Assembly (NCBI GenBank): GCA_963666565.1
Contig: OY762911.1
Span: 1,152,001 to 1,216,000, forward strand
Length of the DNA: 64,000 nt
Source: Thermoanaerobaculia bacterium
GTDB lineage: Bacteria > Acidobacteriota > Thermoanaerobaculia > Multivoradales > Multivoraceae
Reading direction: 5' to 3'
In this document: positions 10,670-20,622 of the stretch, piece after piece
Numbering within the stretch: the first letter of the stretch is position 1
Layout: every line of letters starts with the position of its first letter
Program-made: the position numbers and the translations under genes
The notes under the pieces: generated by a model
What the model saw: the letters and a program-made list of their open reading frames with translations, nothing else
What the model was told of the DNA's origin: nothing
Database searches by the model: none

Positions 10670-10966
10670 TCAGCCGGGCCGGCCGGTCAGCCAGTTCAAC
10701 GGGCGGATCTGACTCTCCGCGATGATCCCCGCCTGGGCGTAGGGACTGCCGGCGACGAAGGCGCTTGCGGCCTCGAGCGAGGGCGCTTCGAGCAGCAGGA
10801 GCAGGCCGTTGGGGCCGCCGCTCTCGCCCATCGTCTGTCCTCCGTGATGAAGCGTGATGTCGGGGTGACTGGCGGAGTCGTGCAGATAGGCGGTGAAGTC
10901 GCTCTGCAGACCGGCCCGTTCCTCCTCCGTTCCGGCCTTGTGGGTGGCGACGACTACGAGGTACAT
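10670..10966 (-). CDS. YciI-like protein
   Basis: 98 aa; GLLLLLEAPSLEAASAFVAGSPYAQAGI matches the YciI C-terminal pattern. Confidence 0.7.
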   Translation of the reverse strand: MYLVVVATHKAGTEEERAGLQSDFTAYLHDSASHPDITLHHGGQTMGESGGPNGLLLLLEAPSLEAASAFVAGSPYAQAGIIAESQIRPLNWLTGRPG

Positions 10967-11191
10967 GAAACTCCTCTCTTTCCGGTTCGGCGAACCTGAG
11001 TTTGGGTCGATTCGGACCAGCAGGCCCTCAGTGGCGGTCGTGTGGCCACCATCTGTAGCCTACAGGACCGGCGCCCAGACGGGCTCATGCGGCGGAGCCT
11101 CGGCCGTGCGGCATGGGCGGATCCTAGCCACGGCCGGGACGCTTACCCTGGTCGCGGCGGGTTGCGGACTGGCGAGTCAGTGCCCAGCGGC

Positions 11192-11221
11192 TTGACAGCC
11201 TGGTCGTGAGGTCGCCAGAGT
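11192..11221 (+). promoter_or_regulatory. Putative sigma70 promoter of antitoxin gene (leaderless)
   Basis: TTGACA (11192-11197), 18-nt spacer with two GGTCG repeats, CAGAGT (11216-11221); ATG 6 nt later. Confidence 0.5.
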
Positions 11222-11227
11222 CGAGCG

Positions 11228-11467
11228 ATGAGAGCGCTTCCAATGGCCGAGTTGAAGGCCAGGTTCTCGAAAGTCCTCGCCGAGGTGCGTCGGGGCGAGC
11301 GCATCGGCACCCTGGACGGGAGATCGAAGACCCCGGTCGCCATGATGGTTCCGTACAAGCCGGAGCCCGCCGGCCGGCGTGAGCTCGGTTTCCTCGACGG
11401 GGAGGTCGCGATCGAGTTCACCGATGGCTTCGACATGACCGAGGTGGAGTTCTTCGGCGGTGCGTGA
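11228..11467 (+). CDS. Phd/YefM-family antitoxin (no adjacent toxin)
   Basis: MAELKARFSKVLAEVRRGE..TPVAMMVP..RELGFLDG..F pattern. Confidence 0.8.
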   Translation: MRALPMAELKARFSKVLAEVRRGERIGTLDGRSKTPVAMMVPYKPEPAGRRELGFLDGEVAIEFTDGFDMTEVEFFGGA

Positions 11468-11545
11468 GGGATTTGCTGGATAGGGTTAGGGTCTGGTAGT
11501 CGCGGGTTCGAGCGCGAGTAGAGTCGTGGCCGGGACTTCGGGGCC

Positions 11546-12916
11546 GTGCTGGTTTCGCTCTTCATCAGGAACTTCAAGAGCATTCGCGAAGCGCATGTTC
11601 GCTTCGGCTCATTCACGTGCTTCGTCGGCCACAATGGGGTCGGGAAGAGCAACCTCTTCGACGCGATCCAGTTTCTCAGCGCCTTGGCGGATCGTCAGGT
11701 TTCGGTCGCCGCCACAGGCGGGAGGCCGGCGAGCCATGGCGGCCATTCGCCTCTCGACCTCGTGTTCGGTCGGGACCCGCGACGTTCGATCGAGTTGCGC
11801 GCGAACATGGTGACGCCGCCCGAGATCGAAGACGACTTCGGTGAAACGGCGAAGCCCAGCACGACGCTCCTCACCTACGACATCAAGCTGGGCTACGACG
11901 GGGACTCGGACCGGCTGCTCGTGGAGCGGGAGAGGCTGACGTACGCGAAGCTCGGAGACTTCAAGCGCTTCACCCGTTTCAAGTCGGCGGGCGAGTTCCG
12001 TGAATCGGTGGCTTCGGGAGTTCGAAGAGGCGGGTCCCTGATCTCGACGAAGGGCGACAGGATTCGACTCCACGGCGACAGGGGGAGCCGCTGTCGTTCG
12101 GTGCCCGTGGGCAAGTCGCCGCTCACCGTCGTCGGGGGAACGAAGACATCCGATTACCCAACGGTTCTTGCCGCCAAGCGGGAGATGTCGTCATGGCGGG
12201 TCCTTCAACTCGATCCGAGCGCCATGAGGGCGCCAGACGCGCGCAGCGCGCCGACCCACGTGTCGGCTTCCGGCGCCCACATGCCCTCTACGCTCCGCGC
12301 GCTTGTCGCAAGAGAGCCGGATGTCAAGGCCGAGATCCTCTGCCGGCTCCGACAACTGAACTCCGACATTGCCGACCTGGCGGTCTACGAGGACGACGTG
12401 CGCGGTCAACTTGCGCTGCGGGCTCGCGTGTCCGGAGTCGACGAGTGGCTCTACGCGCGGTCGCTCTCGGACGGCACGTTGCGGTACCTCGCTCTCGTTC
12501 TCATGCTGGTCGACGTGTGGGATCGCGCCGTGCTCTGCTTGGAGGAGCCGGAGAACGGCATTCACCCTTCGAGAGTGCCGAATCTGGCAGAGCTACTGCG
12601 GGACTACGCCGTCGACGTCGATGGCCCGGTTGCCCAGGACAACCCGCTCCGCCAGGTCGTGGTCAACTCGCATTCCCCGGAGATTGCTAGGCAACTCTCC
12701 TTCGGCGACATCGTCTTCGTCGAACGGGCGGCGACCAAGGACGAGGGTTCCGTCAGCGTGTTCAGGCCCGTTGCCGGGGAGTGGCGGTCGAAGCCAGGAA
12801 ACGGCGACATCGCGTCTCTTCCGGTTGATCGGCAGGCGGTTGTGGACTTCATCGGGGGCTCTCCCCTGAGCCGCGAGTTCCGGCGGTTCGAACCGACGTT
12901 CGGATCGGCGACGTGA
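11546..12916 (+). CDS. ABC-type (AAA_21/SMC-like) ATPase
   Basis: IRNFKSI, Walker A GHNGVGKSN, signature LSDGTLR, Walker B LCLEEPENGIHP, NSHSP. Confidence 0.88.
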   Translation: MLVSLFIRNFKSIREAHVRFGSFTCFVGHNGVGKSNLFDAIQFLSALADRQVSVAATGGRPASHGGHSPLDLVFGRDPRRSIELRANMVTPPEIEDDFGETAKPSTTLLTYDIKLGYDGDSDRLLVERERLTYAKLGDFKRFTRFKSAGEFRESVASGVRRGGSLISTKGDRIRLHGDRGSRCRSVPVGKSPLTVVGGTKTSDYPTVLAAKREMSSWRVLQLDPSAMRAPDARSAPTHVSASGAHMPSTLRALVAREPDVKAEILCRLRQLNSDIADLAVYEDDVRGQLALRARVSGVDEWLYARSLSDGTLRYLALVLMLVDVWDRAVLCLEEPENGIHPSRVPNLAELLRDYAVDVDGPVAQDNPLRQVVVNSHSPEIARQLSFGDIVFVERAATKDEGSVSVFRPVAGEWRSKPGNGDIASLPVDRQAVVDFIGGSPLSREFRRFEPTFGSAT

Positions 12917-12978
12917 GGTTGTCTGTCATGCACGCCTTGATCGAGTCCCACCGAGCCGAAGTCCGCGCCAGCGCTCGC

Positions 12979-13560
12979 CTATTGTCCCCGCTGCAACACC
13001 GGATAGAACTGCGTGAACACATTGTCCGTCGCCGCATGCTCCGCGTGGCAGTCGTAGCACCGTTCCTTCGGGAACGCTGACGCCGACTCTCTCAGCCCGC
13101 CGGACCGGTCGCGGAAGCTGAGGTAGGCCCAGCCTTCGGGGTACCGCTCGCTGTCCTTGACGGCCGCTTCCATGCCTAGGAAGTCCTTCTCGAAGAAGCC
13201 TGCCTGGTTGATGGACTCGCGGGAGCCGGGGCGGAAGACGTCCATGGGAAGCATGGTTCCCTCTGGGAACTCGCCGGTCGCCATGAAGTAGCGGTACGCC
13301 TCCGGCTGGATGTAGACGTTGGTGAAGGCGCCGGGGCCTTCGCGCTCGGCGGCGTCTTCGTCGTAGCTGAGGCCGAGGGATGCTCCGACGAAGACCCAGG
13401 TGCGGTAGCCGTCGGGGCGGATGAGGTCGCCGTCGGCGGTGTAGGTGGGCATGGCCATGCCGTCGAGCGGTGGCCGGGCGTCGGCAGGTGGCTCCTGCGC
13501 GACCATGACGATGGCGGCGACCAGCGCGATGACTGCGGCCCCGATGACGATCTTGCGCAC
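12979..13560 (-). CDS. Cytochrome P460/c'-beta family protein
   Basis: GTG start at 13560 with GAGGGG RBS; signal peptide; RPDGYRTWVFVG, FPEGT, VKDSERYPEGWAY, C-terminal CYDCH, VFTQFYPVL. Confidence 0.85.
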   Translation of the reverse strand: MRKIVIGAAVIALVAAIVMVAQEPPADARPPLDGMAMPTYTADGDLIRPDGYRTWVFVGASLGLSYDEDAAEREGPGAFTNVYIQPEAYRYFMATGEFPEGTMLPMDVFRPGSRESINQAGFFEKDFLGMEAAVKDSERYPEGWAYLSFRDRSGGLRESASAFPKERCYDCHAEHAATDNVFTQFYPVLQRGQ

Positions 13561-13612
13561 TGTAGATCCCCTCAGAGTTTCGGATGACCTTGATGTCGAG
13601 CGGTCTGCTCGG

Positions 13613-14197
13613 CTACGAAGCGTCGGCGCCGTTCTTGAGCGCGTCCACGAACCCACTGAAGCTCGGGCTTCGTTGCTCGATGGTACGCCCGTCGAGTCGC
13701 TTCGCAATCTCCTCGGAGGTCCGGGCCGTGTAGACGCGTCCTCCCAGGAGGTTGATCAGATGCCGTTTCGGGTCGTGAATCGTGTCCGGACTTGATGGTT
13801 CCGCGCTGCCCAATGAGCGGTCCAGGTACTGGCGAAGGTTCTCGCTGTCGGCGAAGAACCAGGCCTCCAGGTGTTGTTGCGCGTAGGCGAAGAGGACGTC
13901 CGCCGCCACGGTTTGTTCGACTCGCTGCGGCAGTTGTTCCTGGAGGGGGGCGAGGACGTCGTCGGGCGCCGCCTGATCGACGTCCACGAGCACCACGAAC
14001 TTCGTCGGTTGGACGGGGTAAGACTCGTACCAGGCCGACTTGATGATGCCCTCCACCACGTTGGCGCGGAGTTGGCGGTGCCGAGGTGGGATGCGAACGT
14101 CCAGCGTCATTCCGCTCTTGGTGAGGAACGAGACCAGATGCGGAAGAGCTCGTCGCTCGGTGTCCCCGGACGCCACAACGACCACATGCTTGTTCAT
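13613..14197 (-). CDS. DUF4276-family (TOPRIM-like) protein
   Basis: VVASGDTE, VLVDVD, LEAWFFAD, PK, RSPSF motifs; overlaps upstream ATPase (ATGA). Confidence 0.78.
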   Translation of the reverse strand: MNKHVVVVASGDTERRALPHLVSFLTKSGMTLDVRIPPRHRQLRANVVEGIIKSAWYESYPVQPTKFVVLVDVDQAAPDDVLAPLQEQLPQRVEQTVAADVLFAYAQQHLEAWFFADSENLRQYLDRSLGSAEPSSPDTIHDPKRHLINLLGGRVYTARTSEEIAKRLDGRTIEQRSPSFSGFVDALKNGADAS

Positions 14198-15330
14198 TCC
14201 GCGCCGAAACCCTTCGTCTCGTAGAACTCGCCGAGACCGAAGCCGGAGGCGTCGAGCGCACGCCGCACGCTTTCGGGATCTTCCTTGGCGAGGACCATTG
14301 TCGCGCCGTCTGTGCCGCGTTGGACGACGCGAACTGCCGCCGGGTCGTCCAGGGCGTCAAGCAACATGGGCGAGTGGGTCGTGACGACGAACTGCACGCG
14401 ATCCCTGGCGCGCATCAGATGTTCCGCGAAAGCGCTCAGCGCCGTCGGATGGACGTAGTTCTCGGGCTCTTCGATGCCGATGAGGTTCGTTTCCGGCTCG
14501 GCGAGAAGAGCGGTCATCAGAGCCAGCATGCGCAGCGTGCCACTCGACACGCCCATCTGATGGACCCGAAAGTCGAGCCCCGGTTCCTGCTGGACGAAGT
14601 AGGTGCGGTCGTCGGACTCTCGCAATTCGATGCTGGAAGGCAGGCCTAGGACCGACTGCGTAGCGTCGACGATTCCCTCGAAGATCTCGGGCGACGAGCG
14701 CTGCAAGGCGTGGAGGGTCTCGGCTAGGTTCCTGCCGTACGGATCCAGCTTCGAGGAGTTGAGGCTGGACCAGTCCCGGCGTAGCAGGAAGGGACTCGGG
14801 TCGAAGAACCCCCAGCGCCGGACGAACTGGGCGACTTCGCGCGCTTCGAACGAGACGTGATCTGCGGCCGCCGCGAGGGCACAGGCTGTGGGCTCCTGTT
14901 TGAGATAGACCTTCTCTTCCCGTTCGGGGGACCACCACCAGCCGTCACCGCCTTGGGCCTCGAGCAGCGTTGCCGGTGGTTCCTTGGACGACCGCTGGGA
15001 AGTCAGGCGCTCTTCGACGCGGAAGTCGTACCCGTGTCTGACGAGGTTCACTTCCCACTCGTAGGTCGCGTCGCCGTCGACCACGGTTGCGGTCAGGTCG
15101 GTCCGTCGCGCCTCTTCACCCTTCCACGCCAAGTGGATGATCCCGCCTCGCGCGTACATCGGCTGGCGAAAGTCGCGGCTGGCGGCGCCCTCGTGGAGAA
15201 AGCGGAGCGCGTCCAGCACGTTGCTCTTGCCTGCGGCGTTGGCGCCGATGAGCAGGTTCAGAGGCCCGATGTCTATGGCGTCTCTGCGAACGCTTCGGTA
15301 GCGACGTGCGGAGAGCCGGGTGAGTTTCAT
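14194..15330 (-). CDS. ABC-type (AAA_21) ATPase
   Basis: Walker A GANAAGKSN, SSGTLR, Walker B IGIEEPENYVHP, TTHSP. Confidence 0.88.
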   Translation of the reverse strand: MKLTRLSARRYRSVRRDAIDIGPLNLLIGANAAGKSNVLDALRFLHEGAASRDFRQPMYARGGIIHLAWKGEEARRTDLTATVVDGDATYEWEVNLVRHGYDFRVEERLTSQRSSKEPPATLLEAQGGDGWWWSPEREEKVYLKQEPTACALAAAADHVSFEAREVAQFVRRWGFFDPSPFLLRRDWSSLNSSKLDPYGRNLAETLHALQRSSPEIFEGIVDATQSVLGLPSSIELRESDDRTYFVQQEPGLDFRVHQMGVSSGTLRMLALMTALLAEPETNLIGIEEPENYVHPTALSAFAEHLMRARDRVQFVVTTHSPMLLDALDDPAAVRVVQRGTDGATMVLAKEDPESVRRALDASGFGLGEFYETKGFGAE

Positions 15331-15429
15331 GGGCGGAACTCCGTTGGGTGGTGGTCGCCAGGAACCATGAGCCTAGCCTGTATCGAGGGCTACCGGGGGC
15401 CGCCGCTTCGCGGCGCGGTCTTCTCGGAA

Positions 15430-15455
15430 GCGGGTCGGAAGACCCGCGCACCCAG
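15430..15455 (-). repeat. REP-like repeat, reverse orientation
   Basis: gcgggtcggaagacccgcgcacccag is the reverse complement of the core. Confidence 0.85.
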
Positions 15456-15474
15456 TGCCCGAGCACACAGTGGG

Positions 15475-17811
15475 TCAGGTCCAGGTCAGGTCGTGCCTTG
15501 AGATCGGCAGGGAGCGGATCCGCTTGCCGGTCACGGCGAAGATCGCGTTGCACAGGGCCGGCGGGACCGGCGGCAGCGCGGGTTCACCCAGGCCGGTCGG
15601 CTGGTTGTCGCTCATGACCCAGTGGACTTCCACGGGCGGCGCCTGGTCGATGCGGAGCAGCTTGAAGTTGTGGAAGTTGCTCTCGTTCGTGCGGCCGCCG
15701 TCGAAGGTGATCTCCTGGTCGAGCGCCTGGCCGAGGCCGTCGAGGGCGGCGCCCTGGACCTGGTTGACGGCGTTGCTCGGGTTGACGAGCTGCCTGCCGA
15801 CGTCGCCGGCGACCCAGATCCTGTCGACGCCGAGTTCGCCCTCCTTGCTGACGGTGGCCTGGACGACTTCGGCGAAGTAGCCGCGGTGGCTGAAGTGGAA
15901 CGCGACGCCCTGGGCGGTGCCCTCGGGCAAGTCCGCCTTGCCCCAACCCGACTTGTCGCGCACGAGTTCGAGCACGGCCTTCATTCGCTTGGGGTCGAAC
16001 GCGGTCCTGGTCCCGGCGGGAGCCGAGTCGAGCAGGTCGAGCCGGAACTGGAGCGGGTCCTTGCCGGCTTCGGCCGCGAGTTCGTCGATGAATGACTGGA
16101 CGACGAAGGAGATCGCGTTGCTGGTCGGAGCACGCAGCGCCCCGGTCGGGATGCCGAGCGGCATCTTCGAAGCCTGGAGCGCGAAGTTCGGCACGAAGCC
16201 CTGCGGGAACTCGTTCGGCATCATCTCGGCGCTCGGGGCGAACCGCCGGCCCTTGCCGAAGCTGACGAAGTGGTCGCGCCACGCCGTCAGTTTGCCGGCC
16301 TCGTCGAGACCGCCCTCCAGGTAGTGGTAACCGCCGGGGCGGAAGTAGTCGAAACGCGTGTCGTCCTCGCGGTTCCACACCAGCTTGACCGGGACTCCCG
16401 CCTGCCGCGCGATCAGCGCCGCCTCGAGCATGTAGTCCCAGTACAAGCGCCTCCCGAAGCCCCCTCCCATCCGGGTCAGATGGATCGTGATCCGGTCCTC
16501 GGGAATGCCGAGCGCCTTGGCAAGGTCTCCGCGTGCGAACTGTGGAGTCTGGATCGGTGCCCACATCTCGAGCCCGTCATCGTGGAAGTGTGCGGTCGTG
16601 TTCTGCGGCTCGAGCGGCGCGTGGGCGAGGAAGGGGTACTGGTAGGCGGCGTCGATCGTCTTCGCCGCCGAGGCCAGGGCCCCGGCCGCGTCGCCGTCGT
16701 TCCTGAGATCCTGTTCCGGTGCCTGCTTCGACAGCTCTTCGGCCTGCCGGTCGAAGGCTGCGCTGCTCTGGGACGTGGTCGGCCCCTCGTCCCATGTGAC
16801 TTCCAGCTTGCTGCGTGCTTCGTTGACCAGCCACCAGGAGTCGCCGACGATGGCGATGCCGTTTGGCAGCCCGACCTGGAACATCGAGGGCGCGGGCGCG
16901 GCGCTTCCCGCCTGAGCGGTCGAGTCGACGACGAAGGCGTCGGTGACGCCGGGCGACGCCTTGACCGCGTCGAGGTTGGCGCTCTTTACCTTGCCGCCGT
17001 GGACCCGGCACTTCTCGAACACGGCGTACTTCATGCCGGGCACGGTGACGTCGATGCCGAAGAGCGGCTTGCCGGTGACGATCTGCGGGTTGTCGACGCC
17101 GGGAATCTCCTGGCCGACGATCGTGAAGTCCGCGGGCGTCTTGAGCGGTACCGTCCGCGGATTCGGCGGCTCGACCTCGGCCGCGGCGCTCGCCAGCTCG
17201 CCGTAGGACAGCGACTTGTTCTTGAAGTGGACGGCGCCGGCTTCGGTGGTGCACTTCTCGGGCTTGGTCTTCCACTCCTTCGCCGCGGCTTCGACGAGCA
17301 TGGCGCGGGCGGCGGCGCCCACGCGGCGCATCGACTCGTAGTGCATCGGCGTGGCCATGCTGCCGCCGGCCATCTGGCCGCGGTACTTCGTCGAGTCGAA
17401 GTCCGCCTGCTCGACGCGCACCTGGCTCCAGGGGATGTCGAGTTCCTCGGCGATCAGCATCGGCAGCATCGTCTTGACGCCCTGACCGATCTCGGGGTTC
17501 TGGGCCATGATCGTCGCGATGCCGTCCGGCGTCAGGCGGATGAAGGCGTTGAGCGCCGTCTCGGTATCGGCGGTGGCGGCGACCGCGCCGCGTGCGCCGT
17601 CGAGCGAGAAGCGCGCTCCGAGGAGCATGCCGCCGCCGGCCAGGGCCGTGACGTGAAGGAAGCCGCGCCGGGAGAGGTTGCCTGCGTCGTTCGTGGCAGT
17701 CGTGCTTGGCTGCTTCCCGTGCCGGGAGAGGCCGCCTGCCTCGTTCGCGCCTGTCATGCCGCGGTTCCGCTCGCGCAGGGAGAGGTTGCCTGCCTTGTTC
17801 GTGCCAGTCAT
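15475..17811 (-). CDS. iorB: Molybdopterin-binding aldehyde/isoquinoline oxidoreductase large subunit, Tat-exported
   Basis: SRRGFL Tat motif, [30 protein letters not shown]; ATG 17811 overlaps the small-subunit stop. Confidence 0.88.
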   Translation of the reverse strand: MTGTNKAGNLSLRERNRGMTGANEAGGLSRHGKQPSTTATNDAGNLSRRGFLHVTALAGGGMLLGARFSLDGARGAVAATADTETALNAFIRLTPDGIATIMAQNPEIGQGVKTMLPMLIAEELDIPWSQVRVEQADFDSTKYRGQMAGGSMATPMHYESMRRVGAAARAMLVEAAAKEWKTKPEKCTTEAGAVHFKNKSLSYGELASAAAEVEPPNPRTVPLKTPADFTIVGQEIPGVDNPQIVTGKPLFGIDVTVPGMKYAVFEKCRVHGGKVKSANLDAVKASPGVTDAFVVDSTAQAGSAAPAPSMFQVGLPNGIAIVGDSWWLVNEARSKLEVTWDEGPTTSQSSAAFDRQAEELSKQAPEQDLRNDGDAAGALASAAKTIDAAYQYPFLAHAPLEPQNTTAHFHDDGLEMWAPIQTPQFARGDLAKALGIPEDRITIHLTRMGGGFGRRLYWDYMLEAALIARQAGVPVKLVWNREDDTRFDYFRPGGYHYLEGGLDEAGKLTAWRDHFVSFGKGRRFAPSAEMMPNEFPQGFVPNFALQASKMPLGIPTGALRAPTSNAISFVVQSFIDELAAEAGKDPLQFRLDLLDSAPAGTRTAFDPKRMKAVLELVRDKSGWGKADLPEGTAQGVAFHFSHRGYFAEVVQATVSKEGELGVDRIWVAGDVGRQLVNPSNAVNQVQGAALDGLGQALDQEITFDGGRTNESNFHNFKLLRIDQAPPVEVHWVMSDNQPTGLGEPALPPVPPALCNAIFAVTGKRIRSLPISRHDLTWT
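17650..17811 (-). repeat. Imperfect 54-bp tandem triplication at the iorB 5' end
   Basis: [18 protein letters not shown] / [18 protein letters not shown] / [16 protein letters not shown]. Confidence 0.75.
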
Positions 17812-18320
17812 GCCTCGCTCCCTCCCGCGCCGGTCGCCGTTTCGTGGCCGCCCGCCGGCGGCGCCTGCGCGATGTCGGCGGCGCGGTGAATCGCCGTCCG
17901 GATGCGCGTGTAGGTCGCGCAGCGGCAGATGTTGCCGCTCATCGCCTCGTCGATGTCGCCGTCCGTGGGCTGCGGGTTGCTCGCGAGGAGCGCCGAGGCC
18001 GACATGATCTGGCCGGCCTGGCAGTAGCCGCACTGCGGTACGTCGATCTCCTGCCAAGCGAGCTGCACGGGATGGGCGCCGTCCTCCGACAGGCCCTCGA
18101 TCGTCGTGATCTCCTTGCCCTCGGCGCGCGAGACCGGCATGCGGCAACTGCGCTCGGGCTCGCCGTCGACGTGTACGGTGCAGGCCCCACAGAAGGACCG
18201 GCCGCAGCCGAATTTGGTGCCCTTGAGATCGAGTTCGTCGCGGAGGACCCAGAGCAGGGGCATCTCCGGCGGCGCGTCGACCGTCGTCGACTTGCCGTTC
18301 AGGGTGAAGGCGATCGCCAT
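17808..18320 (-). CDS. iorA: (2Fe-2S)-binding small subunit
   Basis: [31 protein letters not shown]; start MAIAFTLNG at 18320. Confidence 0.92.
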   Translation of the reverse strand: MAIAFTLNGKSTTVDAPPEMPLLWVLRDELDLKGTKFGCGRSFCGACTVHVDGEPERSCRMPVSRAEGKEITTIEGLSEDGAHPVQLAWQEIDVPQCGYCQAGQIMSASALLASNPQPTDGDIDEAMSGNICRCATYTRIRTAIHRAADIAQAPPAGGHETATGAGGSEA

Positions 18321-18463
18321 GTTCGTTCTCCTCGAGGGCCGTTGCGGGGCGGCGACTTGCTGGCCGATCATACAGTTGGCGAAACGCGGCGCGCGCTTCC
18401 TCGAGCGGGAAGCTCTCGAAGCCGGGAACCGGTAGCGGCGTTTAGGCCGGCGGTGATTCTCTC

Positions 18464-18506
18464 GCCGCCTTCGGCGGCAAGCGGGTCGGAAGACTCGCGC
18501 GCCCGG
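18464..18506 (-). repeat. REP-like repeat, reverse orientation
   Basis: gccgccttcggcggcaagcgggtcggaagactcgcgcgcccgg. Confidence 0.8.
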
Positions 18507-18511
18507 CGGTC

Positions 18512-18916
18512 CTACTGGCGAGACGCCAGCAGAGCGACGTCCGGCAGCCGCGCCGCCTGCCGGTCGAAGGTGTAGAGCGGCACGGCGCCGGCCCGGCTCG
18601 CCGCGGCCGCGATCATCCGGTCGGCGAAGTCGGCGCCGCCGCGCCGGTAGCCACCAGTGGCCTCCGCTACGTCGCTCGCGCACTCGATCTCGACCGCCGC
18701 GACATGGAGGAGTTGATCGAGGAGGGTGGCGATCCGTTCTCGCCCAAGGCGGAAGGTGTACTCCAGTGCCCAGACCAACTCGACCAGGACCTCTCGACTG
18801 ATGAAGCCCGGTTCGTCGAGCGTCAACTGCAGCATCAGCCTCTCGGCCGCCCCCGCCTGCTCCTCGTCGTCCCGAAGCAGAAACCGGAGGAGGACGTTCG
18901 TGTCGAGAGCGATCAT
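18512..18916 (-). CDS. vapC: PIN-domain toxin VapC
   Basis: [30 protein letters not shown]. Confidence 0.92.
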   Translation of the reverse strand: MIALDTNVLLRFLLRDDEEQAGAAERLMLQLTLDEPGFISREVLVELVWALEYTFRLGRERIATLLDQLLHVAAVEIECASDVAEATGGYRRGGADFADRMIAAAASRAGAVPLYTFDRQAARLPDVALLASRQ

Positions 18917-19245
18917 CCGCGACCGGCGCCCCGGGCGACTGCTCGCTCCGCCTCCTCAAGCGTCTCCGGCGACCAGTCGTCCCCCAGGGCGCTACGGCAC
19001 GCTCCTTCGATGATGCCGCGCTCCATGTCTTCCAGGGTCAGGGGAGGACCGTCGTACTTCAGGATGCCGAACAGGCGGCTGAGCGGAAGCACCGGCGCGA
19101 TGCGCACTTCCCCATCGTGGACGAAGTAGCGCACCTTGTCCCCTGCCTTCAGGTCGAGCGCGTCGCGCACCTCCTTGGGCAGGGTCGTCTGTCCCCGGGA
19201 GGTAACGGTCGATTCCGGCAAGCGGGATGGGAGTCGTGCGTTCAT
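18913..19245 (-). CDS. AbrB/MazE/SpoVT-family antitoxin (VapB-type)
   Basis: [27 protein letters not shown]; ATGA overlap with vapC. Confidence 0.9.
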   Translation of the reverse strand: MNARLPSRLPESTVTSRGQTTLPKEVRDALDLKAGDKVRYFVHDGEVRIAPVLPLSRLFGILKYDGPPLTLEDMERGIIEGACRSALGDDWSPETLEEAERAVARGAGRG

Positions 19246-19251
19246 TCCTCA

Positions 19252-19280
19252 AGTCTGCATTACTCTGTGATCCGATGCAA
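19252..19280 (-). promoter_or_regulatory. Putative vapBC promoter/operator
   Basis: Minus strand TTGCAT-17 nt-CAGACT; TGCAT...ATGCA inverted repeat spans the spacer. Confidence 0.55.
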
Positions 19281-19552
19281 GGCTGCTCGGCGCGCCGCCA
19301 CCCGGACGACGGGGCTGCCGGCACAGCCGCCGGCCTGCCTCGCTGCGGCCGCGATCAACCGCGACCGGCGCTGCCGGCGGCTCCCCGCTCCGCCTCGTCG
19401 AGCGTCTCCGCCGGTCAGGCGCATCCGGGGGTTCGTTGCGTTTCCGCGGCCCAGGGTCCTAGACTTCGCCGGCCGAAGGAGTACGGCGACGGACAGCGTC
19501 GTCACGGGCAGGGCGATCCATGTCCTGCGCAACCGTCTGTGGGAGCGGGAAG

Positions 19553-20440
19553 ATGAGGTCGTGGTTGCTGATCGTGTCGTTGCTGGTCGCCGCGCCAGCG
19601 TCGGCGGAGGAATCCGGCCGGGGCTTCTACCTGGGCTTCGGCTTGGGCGCGACGCGCGCCGACGCGCTGGACATTCCCGGATGGGGCGTCAACCAGGGGA
19701 CGAGGTGCGACGTCCAGCAGGAAGAGGGGGCGACGGACCCGACCTGCTCCGACGGCACGCCCAGCATCATCGGCGTCACGGCGTTCGACGCCGCGTCGGG
19801 CGACGCCTCGGGGTTGCGCTTCGGCTACGACTTCGGCCGCTACCGGCTGGAGCTCGAGAGCGTGCTCCGCCACGGCGGCGAGCGCTCGGCGGCCCCGCTG
19901 GGCGTGGGGCAGGACGAGGGGCTGGCGAGCAAGGGCTCGGAGTGGAGCGACTCGATGCCGCCGGCGGCGCTGTCGGGCTTCCGCGGGCAGGAGCTGTTCC
20001 TCACGGTCCTGCGCGAGTGGCGTGCCGGGGAGCGCTGGACGCCGTTCGTCGGCGTCGGGGCGGGCTGGTCGCGCATCCGGGCGCGCTACGCGATGACCTT
20101 CATCCGCAAGACGCTGGAGGAGGGCTACCAGGACGTCGAGCCGCCCCTGACGGTGGACGACCGACCGGCGGAGGCGGCGGGGACGGTGAGTGTGTTCGAC
20201 CAGACGTTCCGCGGCGACGTGTTCGGCTGGCAGGTCGTGCTGGGCGCCGAGTACGCGGCGACGGAGCGGACCGCGCTGCGCTTCGGCCTGCGCCGGGCGG
20301 ACTTCCGGGACCTGGCCCGCACGGGAACCTGGGCTTCCGTTCGGAGCAAGACGCCGCCCGGCGACACCGGCGACATGCCGGTCGAGTTCCGCGGCCTGGG
20401 CTACGCGGCGGTGGACGTCGGCCTGACCCATCGCTTCTGA
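19553..20440 (+). CDS. Outer-membrane beta-barrel protein, copy 2
   Basis: Same length (888 nt) and near-identical mature sequence to 7868-8755. Confidence 0.8.
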   Translation: MRSWLLIVSLLVAAPASAEESGRGFYLGFGLGATRADALDIPGWGVNQGTRCDVQQEEGATDPTCSDGTPSIIGVTAFDAASGDASGLRFGYDFGRYRLELESVLRHGGERSAAPLGVGQDEGLASKGSEWSDSMPPAALSGFRGQELFLTVLREWRAGERWTPFVGVGAGWSRIRARYAMTFIRKTLEEGYQDVEPPLTVDDRPAEAAGTVSVFDQTFRGDVFGWQVVLGAEYAATERTALRFGLRRADFRDLARTGTWASVRSKTPPGDTGDMPVEFRGLGYAAVDVGLTHRF

Positions 20441-20447
20441 CCCTCCG

Positions 20448-20590
20448 CTGGGTACGCGGGTCTTCTGACCCGCTTCTGGAGCGAAGCCGCGAAGCGGCGC
20501 AGCGCGGACAGAGGGCCGCCGCCCAGGTGCCGGCGACGATGCTGTCCGCCGCCTTCGGCGGCAAGCGGGTCAGAAGACCCGCGCACCCGG
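20448..20590. repeat. REPIN-like inverted REP doublet (~143 bp)
   Basis: Forward core ctgggtacgcgggtcttctgacccgc ... reverse core gcgggtcagaagacccgcgcacccgg, with internal hairpins. Confidence 0.85.
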
Positions 20591-20622
20591 TGCTGGGTGG
20601 TAGCTTCGCCGACACGTACGGC

